Assembly: GCA_014905635.1 (NCBI GenBank)
Contig: CM026548.1
Span: forward strand, 1,178,001-1,242,000
Source of the DNA: Scenedesmus sp. PABB004
Lineage: Eukaryota
Reading direction: 5' to 3'
DNA: 64,000 nucleotides
Positions 36,701 to 47,476 of this stretch are shown here, one piece after another. The notes under the pieces are model-generated. The model saw nothing but the letters and a program-made list of their open reading frames with translations. It was not told where the DNA came from and searched no databases. Position numbers and translations under genes: made by a program. The stretch's first letter is position 1, and the number at the start of each line of letters is the position of its first letter.

Positions 36701-39700
36701 GAGCTCCGCGACTTTTTCAACGCCGTCACGCTCGCGCAGCTGCTCGAGGCCGTGCGCGGCAGCATGGCCGACGAGGACGCGCAGGCGCGCGCGGCAGCGC
36801 CGCGCCGCCGCGCGCCGCCGTGCGCCGCCGCCGCCCGCCGCGCGGTCCCACTCCTCACACCTCCCCACCGCTCCGCCGCGCCCCCAACCGCCCGCGCCGC
36901 CATGGCCCCGTCAATCCATCATCAATCTATCCATCAATCGAACCATCAATCCACCATTCAACACCAGGTCATCAACTTCTTCCTCTCCCAGAAGGCCGCG
37001 CTCGACGGCAAGGGCGGCGGCGCGAGCCTGGAGGACCTCGTCGCGACGGCGCACGCGCTCACGACCGTGCGCGCGCTGCTCATGGCCTCGCTCAACAGGT
37101 GCGCGTGCGCGGCGGCGGTTGGCGGGCGGGCTGGCGGGCAGAGGGGACGGGAGAGCGGGGCCGCCGCCGCCGCGCGCAGCGCCGCCGGGCTGAGCCCCGC
37201 CCGCCGCGTCCGCCACGCCGGCGCAGCGGGCTGCGCAACGACGCGCCCGACGCGGCGCTCGCGATGCGGCAGCGCTTCCGCCTCGCCGAGGTGCGGTGCG
37301 AGGAGTATGCGTTTGTGCTGCTCAGCCGCCTCGTCAACGGCCTGGAGCAGCAGGTGAGGACCCGGACGCGTCGCGGACGCGGCGGCGGCGCACTGCGGCC
37401 GGCGTCCCTCTCTCCCTCTGCCCCCGGGCGGCCGTGCCCAGTAAGCCCGCGGTCCCCGCACGCTCTGCGCGCCCCCGCGCCGCGCAGGGCGGCGCCGGCG
37501 CGCTCGTGTCGGCGCACGACCTCGCGTGGGCGCCCTGCCTCGGCGGGCTCGTGCTGGGGCTGCGCCACCTGGGGCTGGGCGGCTGGGAGCCGGGCGAAGC
37601 GCTGGCGATCGAGGCGGAGCTCACCGAGTGGCAGCGCGAGGGCGCGTTCACTGAGCGGGAGAACGCGCTCAGGTGGGCGGGGCGTGCGTGTGGGTGTGTG
37701 GGTGTGTTTTTAGAGGAGGGGAGGGCCGGCAGCACGCGGCGCGAGAGCGGGCGCGGACGAGCGCTGACGCGCCGCCAAACGCCCCCGCCCGCGCGGCCCA
37801 CACGCGCGCGCAGGCTCAAGGCGACGCTGGAGCGGCTGCAGCGCCTGACCGAGGAGTACAGCGAACTGCTGCTCGAGCTGCTGCCGCCCGTGGCGCAGTC
37901 CCTCGGCGAGGTGCGGTCGCGCGCGGCGCCAGGGCGCCCTGCGCGCGCCGGCCGGCCCGCGGACGCCGCGGCGCCGCCCCGCCGCAGGCGCTAGGCGTGT
38001 CGCACCACGCCATCATGACCTTCACTGAGGCTGAGATCCGGGCGCACGTCGTGTTCCAGGCGCGCGCAGCACGTGCAGCACGCGCAGCACGCAGCACGCA
38101 GCGCGCGCGCCGCCCGGCGCACCCCCCTCCCCGACACACCGACACACGCTGCCTGCCGCCGCCGCCGCCGCGCGCGCGCGCCACAACAACAACGGCCCGA
38201 CCAGGTCAGCAAGCTCACGACGCTGCTGCTGCGCGCGTGCCGCGCCGCGGCGGGCGCGTCGTCGTGGGACCCGCTCGTGCTCGGCACGGGCGTGGGCAAG
38301 CTCATCTCGCTCGAGGCCCTCGACCCCGCCGCGCTCGCGGCCGCGGAGGGCCCCGTCGTTGTCCTGCTGCGCGGCGCGAGCGGCGACGAGGAGGTCGCCG
38401 CGGCAGGCGGCGCGCTGCGGGGCGTTGTGCTTGCGCAGGACCTGCCCCACCTCAGCCATCTCGGTGCGCGCCCGGCGGCGCGCGGCGCCGAGCACGCTGC
38501 CGCGGCCCCCGCCGCCCGCACGCGCTGACGCGCCGCCCGCCGCGCCCGCGCCCGCACCTCTCGCGCCACGCCCGCCAGGCGTGCGCGCGCGGCAGGAGCG
38601 CATGCCGTTTGCCATCCTGGACGACCCGGACATGGTGGCGGACGCTGTGGAGCCGCTGCTCGGCCAGACGGTCGCGCTGACGGTCACGACGGACGGCGTG
38701 ACGCTGCGCCCCGCGAGCGCGGCGCAGCTCGCCGACGCGGCGGCCGCCGACGCGGCGGCCGCGGCCGCGGTCGCCGCGCGCGGCGGCGGCAGCGCCGCGC
38801 CCGGCGCGGCGGTGAGCAAGGTCAGCGCGGCGCGCCTGCTGCCGCTGCTCGACTGCATGCCCCAGCTCGCGGGCGCCAAGGCCTCTGCGTGCGCGCGCCT
38901 GGAGCAGGTGCGCCGCGGCCGCGCCGCGCCCTCCCCGGCCGCCCCGCGCGCGCGCCGCGCCGCGCCGCGCCGCCTCCGAGCCCCACGCCTCACGCCGCCG
39001 GCCGGCCGGTGCGCGGCGCGCAGGTGTCACTCGAGTCGCGCGGCGCCGAGGCGTTCCAGACGCCGCGCGGCGTGGCGGTGCCGTTTGGCGTGATGGAGCT
39101 CGCGCTCGCCGAGGCGCCGGGGCACGTGGGCCAGCGCTACAGCGCGCTGCTCGCCGCCTCGGAGACTGCGGGGCTTGCCGAGCTCGACGGCATCGCCGCG
39201 GAGCTGCAGGCGCGCACGCGGGCGGCGCGCGGCGCGGGGCACGCGGCGGCGGGGCTCGCAGCCGCGGCCGCGCGCACGTGCTGCTCCCGGGCCCGGCCGG
39301 CCCGCCCCATGCAGCGCGCCGCGCGGGCTGCGGCGTCCGCCCACGCCCGCGCTGCCGCTGCCGCCGCCGCCGCCGCCGCGCACGCGACCCGCGCAGGCGC
39401 TCGTGGGCGGCCTCGCGCTGCCGGCACCGCTGCTCGCGGAGCTCGGGGCCGCGTTCCCGGCGGGCGCGCTGCTCATCGCGCGCAGCTCGGCCAACGTGGA
39501 GGACCTGGCGGGCATGAGCGGCGCGGGGCTGTACGAGAGCGTGCCCAACGTCCCCGCCGACCGCCCGGAGGACGTGCGCGCCGCGGTCGCCGCGGTGTGG
39601 GCGAGCCTGTACACGCGCCGCGCCATCCTCAGCCGCCGCGCCGCGGGTGCGGCTCACGCAGCGCCGCCCGCGAGGGCGACGACACCACGCGCGGCGCCGC

Positions 39701-40391
39701 GGGCGCTCGCGCCCGGCCCCGCCCGCACACCCTCGCCCGCTCGCTTGCCGCCGCCGCCGCCGCAGGCGTGCGCCAGGCCGACGCGTGCATGGCGGTGCTG
39801 GTGCAGGAGCTGCTGTCCCCGACCTACTCCTTCGTGCTGCACACCGCGAGCCCGCTCGGCAACGACCCGAGCACGGCGGAGGTCGAGGTCGCGGCGGGGC
39901 TGGGCGAGACGCTCGCGAGCGGCGCGCGCGGCAGCGCGTGGCGGCTCGCCGTCAGCAAGTCGACCGGCGAGGTGCGCACGCTCGCGTTTGCAAACTTCTC
40001 GGCCGCGCTGCTGCCGTCCGGCGGCGCCGCGCCCGCCGGCGGCGGCGCGCTCGTCGGCGCCGGCGCCGGCGGCGGCGCGCTCGCGGGCGTCGGGCCCGCG
40101 GGGCCGCGCCCTGGCGGGCTGTACAGCCGCGCGGGCGGCAGCCGCGACGGCGGCGACGGCGGCGGCGCCGCGGCCGCGGCCGGCGGCGGCGAGCTGTACG
40201 ACTGCGAGGCTCGCACGATGGACTACAGCCGCCACGGGCTCAGCAAGTCGGCCGACGCGCGGCTCGCGCTCGGGCGGCGCGTCGGCGCGGTCGCTGCGCT
40301 GCTCGAGCGCGCGTTTGGGGGCGCGCAGGACGTGGAGGGCTGCCTCGTCGGGGACCTGCTGTACGTCGTGCAGACGCGGCCCCAGCCCTGA
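33752..40391 (+). CDS. PWD: Phosphoglucan, water dikinase (CBM20 plus dikinase), chloroplastic
   Basis: Transit peptide; CBM20 ([20 protein letters not shown]); [52 protein letters not shown]; phospho-His site [48 protein letters not shown]...VQTRPQP*. Confidence 0.95.
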
Positions 40392-41091
40392 AGGGGGGCA
40401 GCAGCGGGGCGCCGCGCGTGCAGCGGAGCTGGCAGCGGCGCAGCGGCGGGGCGGGGGAGGGTCTCAGCCCTCGGCGCCCCCGCACGCGAGCGGGGGGCGC
40501 TCTGATCATAACGACGGCTTTGGCGGTGGCGCAGGCTCGCGCACGGCACGGCGGCGCGCGCCTGGGCGTGCTGGCGCGCATGCGCCGGCAGCGCCGCGCA
40601 CTTGGACGGGCGGCACTTGTTTACTACTGGTTCGGTGCGGCGTGGCGCGGCGGAGGACCTGGATTGGCGTGGCGGCTGGTGGCAGGCAGGGCGTTGGCCG
40701 GCGTCCGCGCCCGAGCGCGGCGGCCGGCCCTTAGTAACGGCGGCGGTTCTGCGCGACGGCCCGGCCGCGGCGGCGAGCCTTGGCGCAGCGGCGCTCCCAC
40801 CACGCCCCAGCCCTTCCCACGCACGCAGCCGTCCACCCACGCCCCTCTCACTATGAGTACGGCGGAGGCGCTGGTAGGCTGTGGTGGCCCACCGGTGGCT
40901 CTGGTAGGCGCTGGTAGGCGCTGGTGGCCACCAGAGGGCTGCGCAGGTGGGCGCGCGCACTGATGGGATCCCATCACTGATGGGATCCCATATGGGATGG
41001 GCACTCCGGAGTGCCGCGCGTGGTCTGCCGGGCGCGAGCGGGGGATTGTTACGCGGGCCGGGCGGCGCCCCGCCAGAAATAGCAGTACTGC

Positions 41092-41484
41092 TCACGACTG
41101 TGCCCCACGCCCAGTCGCGAAATGCACCAAGCGCGACCTCCCAGACACAGGAACAAACAGCCACGTGCCGTCGTCGGCGTCTTTGCAGCCGTGCAGCGCC
41201 GCGGCAATCGCGTCGAGCGGCACAGCGCGCAACAGCGGCGCGCCGCTGCCGCGCGCAGCCTCAAACTCGTCATGCGCCACCAGCAGCAGCTCAGCGATGT
41301 CGGGGTCGCTGCCCCGTGACTTGAGCTTGAACTGACGGATGATAGCGAGCCGCGCCACGGGCTCCGCGGCGCCGCTGCCGCCGCCGCTGCTGCTGCTCGC
41401 GCCCGCCCCGCGTGGCCACTGCAGCTCCAGGAAGCAGTCGACCTCGCATGCTGACGGCTGCTCATTGCCGTGTCTGGTGCACAT
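41092..41484 (-). pseudogene. Probable C-terminal remnant of the element's transposase
   Basis: 130-aa ORF of globular composition (EVDCFLELQW...RLAIIRQF...ELLLV...RAVPLDAIAAAL...WLFVP) inside the TIRs with no DDE core. Resemblance to EnSpm transposase C-termini is from memory only. Confidence 0.4.
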
Positions 41485-41733
41485 CGCGGCACATGATCCA
41501 CGATTGAACCGCGCGCTTCAAACGCGGGCCGCCTGCGCGCGACGCTTGTCCCTCCACCGCGCCCTCGCTCCCGCAGACCACGCCGCCTCCCCTGTCGTTT
41601 AGGCAGCCCTGCTTGCGATCGCGGCACCGGTCGCGCCACGTTGTTGTTGCGCACCGGGGGGCGGGCTTGTAGCGCGCGCCTTGCCGCGCTCGCGCTCCCG
41701 TGCCCGCCGCAAAAGGCTGCGCTCCGCGAAATC

Positions 41734-43750
41734 ATGGCCCTGGAAGAGCAGCTGCGGCTGGACTGCCTTGTCCTGCGCCCGCGCGGGCCAACCGACGGGC
41801 GCGACCCCCACGCGGGCGAGATCAGGGTCTTCCTCCCTCCGCAGAATTTCGACTTCAACGCGCTGCTGGCGGAGGCGGGCCTGCCGGCGGCCCGGGTGCG
41901 CCTGTACAGCGCGCTTCAGGGCGGGATGATCGTTCTGCGCTGCGCCATCGACTCGCGCGGGGCCATCGCAAGCACGGTCCAGGCTCGCCCCGACGTGTTC
42001 ACCCTGGAAGGTGTGGGGAGAGGAGCGTGGCTGGCCGCGCCCCGCTCGTGCGCGCGGCGGCGCCGCTGCTCACCCCGGGAGAGCAAGCCTGCCCGCCCGC
42101 GCGCCCGCCCGCAGGCGACGCGGGCGACGCCTACGCTCCGCCCACCGACCTCGTGCTGTGGTACGAGATCACTGGGAGCAGCCCCGGCGACAGCCACAGC
42201 GCCGCGCCCAACGCTCATTGCGCGACGTCAGCAAACTTGACTGCAGGCAGCAAGGCAGCCAAGGGCAAGGCCAAGCCAAAGCTGCCCCGACGCGCTGATC
42301 ACATCATCAAGACGCTGACCGGCCGCCTGTGCCAGCGCACCGCCGATGGCGCGCCCGCGCCCCAAGACAACGCGGCCTTCAACAGGGGCTGGCACGAGGC
42401 CATGGCCGCCGGCATCCACGCCGCCTGCAAGGCCGCCGGCTTTGACGACGAGCGCACCGTGCGCAACGCCATCTCGCAGTGAGTGCCAGCGACCCGGGCC
42501 GGGGGCGCGTGCGGCGGCCGCGGGCCCAGGCGCGCGCGTGCGGTGCAGCGCGGCGCGACCGGCGCGACCGGCGCGGGCCCACGCATTGCCCCTTGCCGCC
42601 GGACCCCGCTGCAGGCACATGCGCACCGTGCGCAGCGAGCTTGGGCGGGAGACCTCGACGTGCACCTCGACGTGCACCGCCGACGTGCACCGCCGACTGG
42701 CGCGCGCCTGGGCCTGGGGCCTGGGCCTGGGCCTGGGCCTGGGCGCGCGCCTGGCGCAGCCAGTGCCGCCGGCGCAGCAGCAGCAGCAGCAGGCGGGGCC
42801 GCGGCGGCGGCAGTGCGCGCACGCGAAGCCGGCGCTGGCACGGCAGGCGGCCGGCGCGGCGACGGCGGCGCAGCCGCCGCTGGTGGAGTATGAGCGGCAG
42901 CGCGCGCAGAACATCGCGCGCAACGCAGCTATGCTGGCCAGGCTGGACGTCGCCGCTCCGGCGGAAGGCCTCGCGGCCGCGGCCGCGGCGCCGGCGGGGG
43001 CCAAGCGCAAGCGCGGGCGCGGCCAGGCGCAGCAGGCGCACGAGGCGCAGGAGGAGCCGGGCGACGCAGCCAAACTGCTCAGGCTCGCGCAGGCGCGAGA
43101 CAAGGTGGGGTGGCGCTGCGCCGGGCCTGTGCGGCCGCGCGCTCCGCCGCACCCGGCTGAGCACCGCTCACGCCGGGGGCGCCGTCACCGCGCGTTGCCG
43201 CCGGCCCCCGCAGGCGCTGGCCAACACGGCACAGCTGACGGCCGCCGCGGCCGCCAAGGCCAGCCAGCGCGCGGCGGCGGCCGCCGGAGAGACAACGGGC
43301 GCCCCCGGCCAGCAGACGCAGACCAGCCGCGGGCGGGCGATCAAGGCCCCGTCAAAGGAACTGCGCCCCGCCAGCCAGTACTGGATGCAGCCCAACTATG
43401 TGTCGGCGCCGGCGCTGGCCGCAGAGGCCGCCATGCGGGGCCTGCCGCAGCAGGCGCCGCGGCAGCGCGCCCGCGCGCGCGCCCAGGCGTCGCAGCAGCT
43501 GCCGCCGGCGTCGGAGCAGCAGCCGGCGCTCGGGACCGTGGTGCCAGGCGACTACGGCTCGCTCCCCAGCTACCTTGAGCAGGTCCACGCCACACCAGAG
43601 CAGTGGGGGCAGTTTATTGAGTGGCAGTCCCAGCAGCAGCAGGAGATGCTCGCAGCGGCGGCGGCGGACGGGCAGGCGGGGGAGGGGGAGGCGGAGGGGG
43701 AGGGGGAGGAACGGGAGGAGGAGGCCGGGGACACGGAGGCGAGCGACTGA
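41734..43750 (+). CDS. Transposon-borne ~555-aa protein (TnpA-like or cargo, function unknown)
   Basis: Four in-frame exons (41734-42010, 42115-42478, 42615-43104, 43214-43750) with GT-AG introns. Contains EYERQRAQNIARNAAMLARL, an NLS-like KRKRGR and an acidic tail. Confidence 0.75.
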
Positions 43751-44263
43751 TCGGCAGCCTCGTGGCGGTGTGCGGGCGGGTGGCGGGCGCCCGCTGCACC
43801 GGCGCGCTGCAGCGGCGGCGTGCCCGCGCGCCGCCGCGGGCAGCGCGCAGCGGGGCGGCGGCGGCCCCAGCGGGGCGGCGCGCTGCAGCAGCGCCGCGCT
43901 GCTGCAGCGGCGCCGGCGGGCTGGGCGGGGCGTGGGGAGCGGCAACAGGCCCGCAGCAGCAGCGTTCACGCGCCCGCCCGAGCAGCAGCTCCGCGCCCAT
44001 GCCGCACACGCGCAGCCCCGCGCCGCGGCCCGCGCGGCGCCGCGGCACCGCGCGTGGCCACCGGAAGCTACCAGAGCCGCGCGCTGGTAGCCACGGGTAA
44101 GCATAGGAAAGTTTACCGGAGGCCTCTGGTAGGTGCAGGTGCGGGTTGAGGTAGGCGCTGGTGCGCCGCTGGCGCCCCTCTCACCCCCCCTGCCTACCTG
44201 AGCCTACCAGAGCCTACCAGCGCCTCCGCCGTAGTCATAGTGTCTGAGCCGGCCGCCGCCGAC

Positions 44264-45230
44264 ATGCCGCGCCTCGCCGCCGCGGCGTACCCGCCGCGCG
44301 GCGTGGCGCTGCTCCTGACGCGCCGGCCGCTGCTCGCGATCGCAGGACGCGAGCTGGCGCTCGCCAGCGGTGCGCGCACGAGCGCGTGCGCCGCGCCCGC
44401 CCGGCGCTGCTCACGCCCCGCCGCTGCGCGCGCCCGCCGCAGCCGCCTCGGTCGTGGCGACCGCGTCCGCGTTCTTCTGGCTCTGGTCCCCGCACGTGAA
44501 CGCGCTGCGGCGCCTCCTGGGCGGCGCCGGCGCCGGCGCGGCGGCGCGCTGGGCGGCGCGCGCGGGCGCGGCGCTGGCGATCGTGGCCGAGGTGACGGCG
44601 CTCGTCAACGCACTGTTCGAGGCCCGCGCCTCCACGCTGCAGGCGGCGCTGTTCGACGCGACGCTGGCGCTCGCGGGCGTGGCCGTGTCGCCGGCGTCCG
44701 ACGCCGAGCGCGGCGCGCTGGCGGAGCTGCTGGCGCGCGACGCCGCCGCCCGCGAGGCTGCCAGGCACGTCGCCGGCGGCGGCGGTGGGCTCGCGCGCGC
44801 CGCGGCTGCGGCGGCCCACGGCGCGCGGCGCCTGCTGCTCGCGCCCGCGCCCGGCGATGGCCCCCTGCTGCGCGGCACGCGGCGGCTGCTCAGCGCCGGC
44901 GCGGCTGCGCTCGCGCCGCCGGTGCTGCCGCTGCTCGCCCTGCGGGACGGGGGCGCTGAGGCGGCGGCGCTGCTGGACCGGTATTGGACACTGAAGGGCG
45001 TGCCCCCGCGCGACGCGGCCGCGCGGCGCCTGCTGCTCGCGCAGCGCGGCGCCGAGGCGTGGAGCTTTGGCGCCGCGGCCGCCGCGCTCGGCTGGGCGGG
45101 CGCCGCGGTCCCCGGGGCGGGCTGGCTCGTGCGCCTCGGCTGCGCCGTCGGGGCCGGGCTGTATGCGACCGACCTGGAGCGCGGGCGCGTGCCGCTGGCC
45201 GTGCTGCGCGGCGGCGGCAAGCGCGAGTGA
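44264..45230 (+). CDS. EI24/RRT8(LDS)-like membrane protein
   Basis: N-terminal AYPPRGVALLLTRRPL; LQAALFDATL; C-terminal WSFGAAAAAL...VPG...AVGAGLYATDLE; one intron at ~44370-44440. Family assignment is from recalled motif pattern. Confidence 0.6.
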
Positions 45231-45358
45231 TCACTCACGTGAGACGCCGCCCAGTTGACCGAGGGCCCTGCACCCTCCGCCGCCCCGCTGCCGACCCGGG
45301 CGCCCCCCTCCCCGCGCCGCCAGCCCGCGCAGCGGCTCGCGCTCCCCCGCGCCCCTGC

Positions 45359-46560
45359 TCAGATCGGCCCCGCCTGCAGCGGGTTCATCGCCGCGCCCGC
45401 CATCGCGTTCATCTCCAGCAGCCGCTTCTGCTGCTGCATCTGCTCGTCTGCGCCGCGCAGAGGCGGCGGCGGTGGCGGCGGCGCGGGCTCGGCGGCCGCG
45501 CTCGGCGGCCGCGCGGCGCGCGGCGCGCGCCCCCGCGGCGCTGGCAGCGGCGCGGCTCGCCCCGCTCACAGATGCCGAGCTCCCGCGTCACCGCGCCCTG
45601 GAACACGAGCAGGATGAGCGTGAAGAGCATGAAGCCCACCGCGACTGCGGCGCGCGGGCGCGGCGGCCGGTCAGCGACGCTCAGCTCGGGCGCTCGCGGC
45701 GGCGTGCTCGCCGGCGCCCCCGCGCGCGGGCCGCGTCCCCCCGGGCTCGCTGGTGCCCCCTCCGACAAATGCGGCGCGCACCGATGTAGCCGAGGACGTA
45801 GGTCGCTCTGAACGCGCCGGTCATCACCGCCGTCCAGCCCGCGGCGGCGGTGAGCTGCGCGTCGACGGTGGAGCTGAACCCCTGCATCACGAGCGCGGCG
45901 AGGAGGCAGAAGAAGCTCATCACGAATGCCCAGGCCACGGTGAAGCCGTAACCGAAGCCGGGCCCAGCCTTGGTCATCGACTTGCTGCGCGCGCGGGGGA
46001 CAGAGTGGCGCACGACGGCAGCCGGCTCGGCGCGCCGCGGCCGCGTGCGAGCGCCCTGCGCCCTGCGCCCTGCGCCCTGCGCCCTGCGCCCTGCGCGCTG
46101 CGCCCTGCGCGCTGCGCGCTGCGCGCTGCGCGCTGCGCCCTGCGCGCTGCGCCCTGCGCCCTGTGCCCTGCGCCTGCGCCTGCGCCCGCACCGGATGAGC
46201 ACGAAGCAGGAGGTGAGGTTGAAGAGCACCACCATGAGGCCGCCGAGCGTGCAGGCGGCGATCGGGGCGCGCCAGATGTTGTTGCTGATGAACGCTCGCG
46301 CCGTGGACTTGGCATCCGTCCACGTCGCGATATGGAGGTTGCCCGACGCGTTGGCGAGGTTGGCCGCCGTGGCCCAGGCCATGATGACGTACACCGCGTC
46401 CACGAGCTGGCAGCAGGGAAGGGGGGAGGGCGGAGGGGAGGGCGGCGGGCGGCTGGGCGACGCGGCTGCTGGCGCGCCGCGCCGCAGGGCGCAGGCGCAC
46501 CAAGTTGGCGCTCCAGAAGCTCCAGAGGCAGATGCGCTTATACTCGCCCGGCACCGCCAT
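45359..46560 (-). CDS. Four-TM membrane protein of unknown function
   Basis: Five in-frame exons: MAVPGEYKRICLWSFWSANL / LVDAVYVIMAW...LTSCFVLIR / KSMTKAGPGFGYGF...YVLGYI / VAVGFMLFTLILLVFQG / ...NPLQAGPI*. Confidence 0.75.
46052..46190. repeat. Intronic heptamer tandem repeat (GCGCCCT/GCGCGCT)n
   Basis: Direct reading. Confidence 0.85.
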
Positions 46561-46854
46561 CGTGAGGCGCGGGGCGGCCGCAGCGCGGCGCGGGAGGGCC
46601 GGCGCAGCAGCGGCGCTCGCTGCTCTCTGACGTGCGCGGGGTCGTGCGGTCGCTGGGCTGCGGCTGTGGCTTGTCGAGAGAGCGGAATGCGTTCGTGGAG
46701 CTGTGCGAGAGCCTGTGGGCAGGCGCGGCAGGCGTGGAGGCGTCGGGGAGCCAGGTCGCAAAGTGTTATTGTTGACCCCCGTTGACCGCTGGCTCCGTGA
46801 CCCCGCCAGGCCGCCCTGCGCATTCGACGCTTCGCCAGAGCACGCGCCCCCGCT

Positions 46855-47476
46855 CCCCGCTCACCGGCAGGCCGGCGTCGGCGTCCAGCGCGATGCGCGG
46901 CGGCGCGAGTCGCGCGTTGCGGCGGCGCGCCCCCGCGCTGCTGGTCAGCGCCGTGTGGCGGGTGTGCGAGAGCGCGGCCAGCGCCATGGCGGGCGGCCTG
47001 GGGCGGTGCGGTGCGGGTGCGGGCCGGGGGGTCGGTCCGGGACTGGGCGGCCCCGCGGCCGGGCGGCGGGCTGGGCGGGGCGCACAGGGCGCGCGGAGAG
47101 CCCTGCCACGTTGGATGGGTGACCGCCGATGCGCGGCCCGCGCGCCCCCCGCGCCGGCGCGTCTGGGCGCACGCGCCGCGGCCGAGCCGCACGCGGCGCG
47201 CGGGACCCGGCCGGCGCCGGGTCGCGCGGTGCGGGGTGGCGCGATTGATGACCGCGCCGCTGCGGCGCGCCCGGGGTGCTGCGCCGCCCAGGCGCTGCCG
47301 AGGATGGTCACACGCGCCACCCGCAACGCTCCCGCGCCGCCGCCGGGCCCGCCCGCGCCGCGGCCCCCGGATGCCTGCTGGGGGACAGGGTGGAAGCCGC
47401 GCGCGCCGCGCGGCAGCGGCCGCCGCCCCACGCGGCGCGGCGCGGCCGGCTCACGGCGCGCCCGCCGCCACGCCCG
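46855..47476 (-). repeat. Left arm of a long inverted repeat (partner 52394-53048)
   Basis: Reverse complement of the right arm apart from a few substitutions, a G-run difference and a ~28-bp tandem duplication present only in the right arm. Confidence 0.95.
46865..46987 (-). pseudogene. Orphan duplicate of exon 1 of the 52916-54771 gene
   Basis: Encodes MALAALSHTRHTALTSSAGARRRNARLAPPRIALDADAGLP followed by a GTGAG donor. The rest of that gene is absent on this side. Confidence 0.75.

Larger units (their letters stand above)
40849..44242. mobile_element. CACTA/EnSpm DNA transposon, 3394 bp, probably non-autonomous
   Basis: Begins CACTA (40849) and ends TAGTG (44242). 37-bp TIRs match at 35/37 (40849-40885 and 44206-44242). 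3-bp TSD TCT at 40846-40848 and 44243-44245. Subterminal CTGGTAGG repeats at both ends. Confidence 0.92.
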
